Below are positions 58,232 to 64,000 of a stretch of DNA of 64,000 nucleotides, piece by piece; position 1 is the first letter of the stretch, and each line of letters opens with the position of its first letter. Where the stretch lies: positions 64,001-128,000 of the forward strand of contig JBBSWH010000006.1 of NCBI GenBank assembly GCA_038046385.1, read 5' to 3'. The stretch is from Nanobdellota archaeon (lineage in GTDB: Archaea; Nanobdellota; Nanobdellia; Woesearchaeales; GW2011-AR4). The position numbers were made by a program, and so were the translations under genes. The notes under the pieces are model-generated. The model made no database searches and was not told the DNA's origin. It saw only the letters and a program-made list of their open reading frames with translations.

Positions 58232-58615
58232 TTATTTCACCGACAAGCTTGCTGATGACCTTGTAGCTCCGATACCGGGCGCGCTGTGGCCAACTTTCTT
58301 TCTTGTCATTGCAAATTCTCCTAAAGTGTGGCCTATCATTTCTTCCAGTATCATAACTGGCAAAAATTCTTTTCCCTGGTGAACTTTGATTGTCATGCCG
58401 ACCATTTCAGGAAGGATTATCATATCCCTGCAGTGGGTTTCTATGTTCTTTTCATTGGCTTTTACTTTTTTCAAAAATATTTTCTGCTGCTCTGTAAATC
58501 CTCTTTTCAAAGTTCTTCTCTGTCTTGAAGTCAGCAATTGCGCTACTTCGTTGATTGAAAGCTTCTTCAGCTCTTCCATTGTCTTTCCCTTGAATGTAAA
58601 TTCTTTTTTTGCCAT
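58232..58615 (-). CDS. rps19: Ribosomal protein uS19
   Basis: [10 protein letters not shown] start at 58615; [19 protein letters not shown] motifs. Confidence 0.95.
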   Translation of the reverse strand: MAKKEFTFKGKTMEELKKLSINEVAQLLTSRQRRTLKRGFTEQQKIFLKKVKANEKNIETHCRDMIILPEMVGMTIKVHQGKEFLPVMILEEMIGHTLGEFAMTRKKVGHSAPGIGATRSSASLSVK

Positions 58616-58667
58616 AACGGTTTCGTCCGTTAACACCGACTTCAAGTGCAATCTTTGATTGCACGGA
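58616..58667 (-). promoter_or_regulatory. Double-hairpin leader element directly before the rps19 start
   Basis: 45/52 nt identical to 59416-59467. Confidence 0.7.
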
Positions 58668-58694
58668 TCAATGCTAACTTTTTATTTTCTTTGT

Positions 58695-59414
58695 TTACCT
58701 TTTCTTCCTTCCTGTTCTCTTAGGAGCTATTTTTCCTACTTTCCTTCCAGGAGGCGAGTTTCTTGCTGATTGTGTAGGGATTCCTTTTGCGTGTGATGAA
58801 CGCCCTCCGAATGGATGTGATAATGCGTTCATTGATGTTCCTGACACTTTAGGCCATAATTTGTTCTTTGCCAACATCTTGAAATAATGAGTTCCTGCTT
58901 TTAGGTATGGTTTTTCTGTTCTTCCGGAGCCTGCTACGATTCCAATAACTGCTTTGCAGTCTGGCCTGAACAATTTTCTTTTGTGCGACGGCAATTCTAT
59001 TAAAATTCCATCTTCATTCTTTGTGACTATCTTTGCAGACCCTCCGCCGGATCTTACAAATTTTCCACCGTCTCCGGGGCTTGATTCTATGTTATAAATT
59101 GAAGTTCCTTCCGGGATGTTTTTTAATGGTAAAATGTTTCCTGATTTTAATTCTGGGTTTTGACCCATCTCTATTTTGTCACCAACTCTTATTCCTTCCG
59201 GAGCTTGCAATAATCCTGACTGGCCTGTTTCATATTTTAATGACATTAAAGGAGCGTTGTGGCCCGGGCTTGTGATTAAGTCCAAGACTTCTGCCTTCAT
59301 GGTCTTTCCTTCTGTTTCTCTGAAATGAGAAGCTCTTCCTGCATACTTGAAGCTAGGCGCGGTCCATCTAGGCCCACCCTTTCCCCTCTTCTGCTGAATT
59401 AAGTTCTTTCCCAT
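58695..59414 (-). CDS. rpl2: Ribosomal protein uL2
   Basis: MGK..QQKRGKG, PGDGGK, HPFGG, PPGRKVG motifs. Confidence 0.96.
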   Translation of the reverse strand: MGKNLIQQKRGKGGPRWTAPSFKYAGRASHFRETEGKTMKAEVLDLITSPGHNAPLMSLKYETGQSGLLQAPEGIRVGDKIEMGQNPELKSGNILPLKNIPEGTSIYNIESSPGDGGKFVRSGGGSAKIVTKNEDGILIELPSHKRKLFRPDCKAVIGIVAGSGRTEKPYLKAGTHYFKMLAKNKLWPKVSGTSMNALSHPFGGRSSHAKGIPTQSARNSPPGRKVGKIAPKRTGRKKR

Positions 59415-59415
59415 T

Positions 59416-59467
59416 AACGGTTTCGCCCCTTAACGACGACTTCAAGTGCAATCCCGGATTGCACGGA
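59416..59467 (-). promoter_or_regulatory. Double-hairpin leader element directly before the rpl2 start
   Basis: 45/52 nt identical to 58616-58667. Confidence 0.7.
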
Positions 59468-59487
59468 AAAAATATCGCCTGTTATCA

Positions 59488-59787
59488 TTATATTAGCCCC
59501 ATTTGTGTTGCTATGTCAATTGCAGGGTTTGATGCTGCGAATTTTATGTAAGCTCTTTTTTGTCCGCTTGATGTAATAAAGCTGTTTACACTTTTTACTT
59601 TGACCTTGAACATTTCTTCTATTGCCTGCTTTATTTCTGTTTTTGTTGACTTTCTGTCAACAACAAAAACTAATTTATTTTCTGATTCCATCAATCTTAT
59701 TGACTTCTCTGTTGAGAGGGGATATTTGACTATATGATACGGGTCGATTTTCACATTTGCCTTTATCGGATGCACTCTTTGTATCAT
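59488..59787 (-). CDS. rpl23: Ribosomal protein uL23
   Basis: PLSTEK, NKLVFVV, KRAYI motifs. Confidence 0.93.
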   Translation of the reverse strand: MIQRVHPIKANVKIDPYHIVKYPLSTEKSIRLMESENKLVFVVDRKSTKTEIKQAIEEMFKVKVKSVNSFITSSGQKRAYIKFAASNPAIDIATQMGLI

Positions 59788-59788
59788 T

Positions 59789-60595
59789 TTAGGTGAATGA
59801 TTTTTCTTTTTTCATGTATTCGATTGCGTCTTTTGTCCACAAAGTCAATCTTCCTGCTTTTCCGCCAGGTGCCAATAGCTCTGCGTTGATGTCTTTAACC
59901 CTAACAATATCTATTCCTGGAATGTTTGAAAGTGATTTCATCAAATTGTCTGTGTTTACAGCGACTACAAGGATTCCTTTCTTTTTCTTGTATTTTCTGT
60001 CTCTTGCCTTTCCTTTTCCTACTCTGACTTTCTTTTCGCTTGAACGCTCTAATTCTTCTGTGAATCCTAATTTCTGCAGAATTTCTTCTGCTTCTGCTGT
60101 CTTTGTTACTGATTCAAATTTTGAATCGATTATGAACGGAAAGTTATTTGGAACGTTGTGTCCTCTGTTCGTCACAACCTCTTTTAACATTGTTGCTGAA
60201 ATTGCGCTTCTGATTGCTTTTCTTCTTTCTTTTTCGTTAATCTTCTTTCCCCAGATCTTTGAAGTTTTTGGAGGATGAGCTCTTCTTCCGCCCACAGTTC
60301 CAGGTGCAAATGCGCCGACCCAGTTAAGCCTTGTTCCTCTTCTGGTCATTATTTTTCTTGGAACTCTTGAAATTCCTATTCCGTATGATCCTCTGTAGTT
60401 CTTTCTTCTTCTGGATAATTTTGCAGACGATCTTTTTCCTGCAGTATCATGAGCTGCGTAAGGCTGCCTTTTATGTGATTGGATTGCAAGAACTGCCCTT
60501 AAGATTATTTCATCCCTTACTTCTTCATTAAATTGTGATGGTAATTCTATATCGCCGACTTTTACATTTGCTGTGTCTAGTATTGAAACTTTCAT
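59789..60595 (-). CDS. rpl4: Ribosomal protein uL4
   Basis: GISRVPR, GGRRAHPP, LLAPGG..GRLT motifs. Confidence 0.95.
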   Translation of the reverse strand: MKVSILDTANVKVGDIELPSQFNEEVRDEIILRAVLAIQSHKRQPYAAHDTAGKRSSAKLSRRRKNYRGSYGIGISRVPRKIMTRRGTRLNWVGAFAPGTVGGRRAHPPKTSKIWGKKINEKERRKAIRSAISATMLKEVVTNRGHNVPNNFPFIIDSKFESVTKTAEAEEILQKLGFTEELERSSEKKVRVGKGKARDRKYKKKKGILVVAVNTDNLMKSLSNIPGIDIVRVKDINAELLAPGGKAGRLTLWTKDAIEYMKKEKSFT

Positions 60596-60596
60596 T

Positions 60597-61556
60597 TTAT
60601 CGGCCCTGCTTTGATTCGAGGCTTGTGTATGCAATTGTCGGTGCATCGAGTGATATCTTTTTCTGCCTCATTGGATCTGTTAAAGTGATTAATCTGTTGT
60701 CTGCGCCTGCGATTGAGCCTTTGACAAGAATATACTGTGATTTTACAAGACCATATCCGATGAATCCGCCCTTGACGTTTATTTCTTCAGGCTTTGTTCC
60801 TATTTTTACAAGCCATTTGTTGTATTCTGTTCTTAAGTGGTTGCCCATTTTTCCTGCATGAGCTGTTCTCCACATTATGTGGCCCTGCCCTCTCCATGCT
60901 CCCAATGATCCTGGATTTCTTCTGGATTTTTCGGATTTGTGATGCCTTAAAGTGACTCCAAATCTTCGCATTGCTCCCTGGAATCCTTTTCCTCTTGTGA
61001 CTGCGTGAATGTCTGTTAACTGCCCTTCCTTGAATACTTCATTTACTCTGATTTCTTTTCCCAACTTTTCTTTTGCGAATATTAGTTGCTGCTCTTTTGT
61101 TCCGCCTATAGCTATCTCAATTGTTTCCGGCTTCTTTTTTCCCAAGCCAGAAAGTTTTGGCTGTGTGTAGCATGATAATCTTATAGAATCAAAATCACTT
61201 GCTTCTTTTCCTTTCTTCTTTGAAGCCAGAATTTTTCTTTCCATTTCTTTGTCAACAGACTCTGCTAAAACATGAGAAACAATTTGTTTATTTTTATAGA
61301 AAACGATTGAAGCGACTTTGATTGGGGGAACTTCGATGACTGTGACCGGACAGAAAATATCTGCCCCTTTTGTTAAAGATGTTTGCCGGTTGTCGGTAAT
61401 CAGAAGATGAGTCATGCCAACCTTATAGCCTGCGAAACCTAAAGGTTTTGCTTCTTTGCTTTTTGTCCAGTTTCTTATTCTTGCGTGCCTGTTCCTAGCT
61501 ATAGATCTAGGGTGAAACTGCATGCTTCCTGCTCTTGGCTGTCTTGTTCTTGGCAT
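60597..61556 (-). CDS. rpl3: Ribosomal protein uL3
   Basis: PRAGS, GYKVGMTH, GKGFQG, RTEYNK motifs. Confidence 0.95.
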   Translation of the reverse strand: MPRTRQPRAGSMQFHPRSIARNRHARIRNWTKSKEAKPLGFAGYKVGMTHLLITDNRQTSLTKGADIFCPVTVIEVPPIKVASIVFYKNKQIVSHVLAESVDKEMERKILASKKKGKEASDFDSIRLSCYTQPKLSGLGKKKPETIEIAIGGTKEQQLIFAKEKLGKEIRVNEVFKEGQLTDIHAVTRGKGFQGAMRRFGVTLRHHKSEKSRRNPGSLGAWRGQGHIMWRTAHAGKMGNHLRTEYNKWLVKIGTKPEEINVKGGFIGYGLVKSQYILVKGSIAGADNRLITLTDPMRQKKISLDAPTIAYTSLESKQGR

Positions 61557-61858
61557 TGTGTTTGAGACAGATTGGTCTGTCTATTGCGCTTATGTGTGTA
61601 AAAAAGCCTTTTGGTGGCCGCTTTTTGTAGAATCCAGTCATTAAAACTGTACTGAAAAAGCAGTCTTTTCAGGCTCGTTTATGGTTTGTGTTTAAACAAC
61701 ACAAAGTCTTTCCTAGGAAAGAAGTTCGGTTTATAAAGGTATCGTTGACCTTTTGAGAGGTCAACGGACCTTTATATTTGAAAATCTATGATTTTCTTCA
61801 TATAAAGGTTTTGGATAGATTACTTAGGTGTTTTGCTAGTATATACTATAATAATATA

Positions 61859-61920
61859 GGCTGTCGTCGCTTCGCTCCTCGTCGGACACCCCGTAAGGGA
61901 CAACCCCCGTCCGACCAGCC
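61859..61920. repeat. GC-rich branched palindrome with a GCGAAGC mini-hairpin on the minus strand
   Basis: GGCTG/CAGCC, GTCGGAC/GTCCGAC, CCC-GTAA-GGG; minus strand G-GA-GC-GAA-GC-GA-C. Confidence 0.6.
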
Positions 61921-61935
61921 ATTACGGACGCTGAC

Positions 61936-61965
61936 CACTGGACATCTTCGCATGAAATATATAAA
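61936..61965 (+). promoter_or_regulatory. CACTGGACAT box plus TATA box
   Basis: Motif 61936-61945, 12 nt, TATATAAA 61958-61965, ATG 61989. Confidence 0.6.
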
Positions 61966-61988
61966 GGGATTCTTACATCAGGAAACAG

Positions 61989-62285
61989 ATGATTGTCAAA
62001 AAGAGTGACTACATAAAGTATAGCCATATAATGGTAAAGAAGCTATACAAATCTACATGTTTTGGAAAAGGATCCATGTACGAGGATAATGTGATCTCAG
62101 GACTGCCTGACGCCAAGATAGCAAAACAAGTCCTTAACGCTTTGGTGAAGCAGGAGATATGCGTCCGCAAGAAAAAGGAGCATGGCTGGAAATATTATCT
62201 CAACATGGACAGGCTAGACAAGATAAAAGAAATTGCAAAAGAAACGAGCATAAACACTATACTGATGCTCATATTAGGTATATGA
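61989..62285 (+). CDS. Small hypothetical protein, module gene A (wHTH-like)
   Basis: Paralog of 63098-63418 (shared CFGKGS and KKKEHGWKYYLNMDRLDKIKEI). Confidence 0.75.
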   Translation: MIVKKSDYIKYSHIMVKKLYKSTCFGKGSMYEDNVISGLPDAKIAKQVLNALVKQEICVRKKKEHGWKYYLNMDRLDKIKEIAKETSINTILMLILGI

Positions 62286-62327
62286 AAATATCCCTTATGG
62301 TATAAATAGAAAACCTTATATAATACA

Positions 62328-62705
62328 ATGGAATACACAGAAGATATGGAAAGATCAGTATTTTTGGAAAAGGAAGGAGATACTCCAAAGAATAGGTTAC
62401 TGGATTTTTTTGTTGTTTACTCCGATTTTGACTATTCTTTGAAAGATATAGCCAAACTTTCCAAAGTTAGTTACCCTTACATCAAGACGCACAAGAAAGG
62501 CCTTCTCAAGAACAAATGGATAGTCTTGACAAGAAATGTAGGGAAGGCGCAGATGTACAAATTAAATTTGAAAAGCAAGGTCGTGAAGAAATTCATAGAG
62601 TACTACTGGGCTGTTGTTGACGAAGCTGTGGAAGAGGAGCTTGGGATTAAGAACAAACATAGAAGTTATGCACCTCAGGTTGCTGTTTCTGCTAAGAATT
62701 TGTAG
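62328..62705 (+). CDS. Winged-helix DNA-binding protein, module gene B
   Basis: DYSLKDIAK...TRNVGKAQMYKLN; paralog of 63510-63869. Confidence 0.8.
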   Translation: MEYTEDMERSVFLEKEGDTPKNRLLDFFVVYSDFDYSLKDIAKLSKVSYPYIKTHKKGLLKNKWIVLTRNVGKAQMYKLNLKSKVVKKFIEYYWAVVDEAVEEELGIKNKHRSYAPQVAVSAKNL

Positions 62706-62712
62706 ATTATAC

Positions 62713-62742
62713 CACTGGACATGCTCGCGTGAAATATTTAAA
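62713..62742 (+). promoter_or_regulatory. CACTGGACAT box plus TATA box
   Basis: Motif 62713-62722, 12 nt, TATTTAAA 62735-62742, ATG 62765. Confidence 0.6.
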
Positions 62743-62764
62743 GGGTATTTACAATTCTATTAAG

Positions 62765-63097
62765 ATGAAAAGCAAAAAATTTATATATCAAAGATATATA
62801 TCAGTGATATATCTCTGTTGTTGATGTGGTTGAAGCTCTTACAAACAGTTCTATTCCAAGAAGGTACTGGTCAGATTTAAAATCACAGCTTAAAGAGCAG
62901 GGTTTTGAGTTGTACGAAAAAATTGTACAACTGAAATTGCCGGCAGAAGATGGAAAATTCTATGAAACAGATTGCGCTAATACAGAATCAATGTTCAGAA
63001 TTGTTCAGTCTATCCCATCCAAGAAAGCAGAGCCTTTCAAGCTATGGCTGGCGCAAGTAGGATATGAAAGAGTGCAGGAGATAGAAAACTTCTTAGA
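62765..63097 (+). pseudogene. BRO-N domain (antirepressor-like) gene remnant
   Basis: SVVDVVEALT...RYWSDLK...QLKLPAEDGK...QSIPSKKAEPFKLWLA...ERVQEIEN; out of frame with ATG 62765 and cut at the 3' end by the convergent ORF. Confidence 0.7.
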
Positions 63098-63418
63098 TTA
63101 TAACAGAAGTAATATTGGAATAATTGAATTATTTCCTTTTTCTTTTAGTATTTCTTTGATTTTATCTAATCTATCCATGTTTAAGTAGTATTTCCATCCG
63201 TGTTCTTTTTTCTTTTTGCCGCAGATGTTTTGTTTTACAAGTGCTTCCAGCACAGTCTCAACTTTGTCCAGATCTTCTTTTGATATTCCTGATTTTAAAA
63301 CATGGATGTAAGCAGAACCTTTTCCAAAACAGTTTTCATCAAAAAGCTTTTTTACTGTTGTTCTGCTTATTCTTATATACTCACTTTTCTTTACCTTGAC
63401 CATTGGAATGGCAATCAC
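63098..63418 (-). CDS. Small hypothetical protein, module gene A' (inverted paralog)
   Basis: High similarity to 61989-62285. Confidence 0.75.
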   Translation of the reverse strand: MIAIPMVKVKKSEYIRISRTTVKKLFDENCFGKGSAYIHVLKSGISKEDLDKVETVLEALVKQNICGKKKKEHGWKYYLNMDRLDKIKEILKEKGNNSIIPILLLL

Positions 63419-63509
63419 GAAATAATATATAAATATGTGGTCTGAATTTAGTCCCTTATGGGTCTAAATAGAAACCTTTAAATATTCATCATAATATACT
63501 ATCTTTACG

Positions 63510-63869
63510 ATGACAAAATCAGTATTTTTACAGGAAGAAGGCGACACGCCTAAAAACAGGATATGGAGTTTTTTAATAATTCATTCGGAATATGATTATT
63601 CAATGAAGGATATTGCACGATACTCAAAAGTAGGGTACACCACACTGAAAGGGATGTGGAAAGAATTCAATGGAAAAAAGATAGTAATTCAGACAAGATC
63701 TGTTGGAAAAGCAAAAATGTACAAACTCAACATGAAAAATCCTGTTGTAAGCAAATTCATAGACTACTATTGGGCTGTGGTTGAGTCTGTAGTTGAGAAA
63801 GGCCTTGATATTAAGGACAATCACTATAGTTCATCTCCAGGTGTGGCTGTTTCTGCTAGGAATGTTTAG
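63510..63869 (+). CDS. Winged-helix DNA-binding protein, module gene B'
   Basis: SVFLQEEGDTPKNR...YYWAVV...VAVSA shared with 62328-62705. Confidence 0.8.
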   Translation: MTKSVFLQEEGDTPKNRIWSFLIIHSEYDYSMKDIARYSKVGYTTLKGMWKEFNGKKIVIQTRSVGKAKMYKLNMKNPVVSKFIDYYWAVVESVVEKGLDIKDNHYSSSPGVAVSARNV

Positions 63870-64000
63870 GATACCACTGGACATTTATTGATGTGGTGTT
63901 TTGTCAAGGGTATGTACAAATTGTACCAATCATTTAGTTATCGACATTTTGTCGACAACTGAAACCGGCAGCTTCTGATGGGTAGAAAACCCTACAAATA

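Noticed and set aside
58616-59467. rpl2/rps19 leader as a hammerhead ribozyme
   Set aside because: It has CGAAAC but lacks the CUGANGA core and the three-stem junction.
890-63824. Numerous antisense and alternate-frame ORFs of 60-210 aa
   Set aside because: They overlap well-supported genes, show the F/S/L/I-rich composition typical of shadows of A-rich coding strands, and carry no motifs.
1-64000. tRNA, rRNA, intact transposase, integrase or intein
   Set aside because: I saw no cloverleaf or T-loop signature and no rRNA-like tract in the intergenic gaps, and no such ORF motifs. RfcS and Hef are of normal length. This was a manual scan, so tRNAscan-SE should confirm.
63905-64000. Short hairpins GTACAA-A-TTGTAC and TCGACA-TTT-TGTCGA at the window end
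   Set aside because: Possibly another palindromic element, but it is truncated by the window edge and too short to support.

Overview
A 64-kb chromosomal segment of an archaeon, most likely DPANN and Woesearchaeota-like. That assignment is inferred from the fused PriS-PriL primase, archaeal information-processing genes, KKAQ/KRG pilin-type signal peptides and a compact layout with many leaderless genes. Housekeeping content includes hef, htpX, primase, hjc, rnz, endA, fen, a trm5-like gene, pan, several peptidases, tyrS, a solo Cas4, rfcS, pelota, acs, a split transketolase, an IspA-like synthase, a DRG GTPase, pheST and the large rpl3-secY ribosomal operon. I found no rRNA, tRNA or CRISPR array. 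Six observations stand out. (1) A minus-strand cluster (23893-32382) encodes a pilin-like protein, three paralogous lipoproteins and a 1245-aa membrane protein that ends in lytic transglycosylase and amidase_2 domains, which suggests a surface apparatus acting on bacterial peptidoglycan. (2) A dispersed, covarying palindromic element with tandem G.A mismatches occurs in 5 close copies plus relatives; some copies carry nested double-hairpin inserts, and one related element is inserted in frame in a peptidase. (3) A CACTGGACAT box sits exactly 12 nt upstream of four TATA boxes (hef, cas4, and two genes in the accessory region). (4) A Phe-rich 31-codon leader ORF precedes aroK-pheS-pheT. (5) A near-identical double-hairpin leader precedes both rpl2 and rps19. 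(6) A wHTH gene pair is duplicated and rearranged around a BRO-N pseudogene. All calls come from reading the sequence by eye; no database searches were run.
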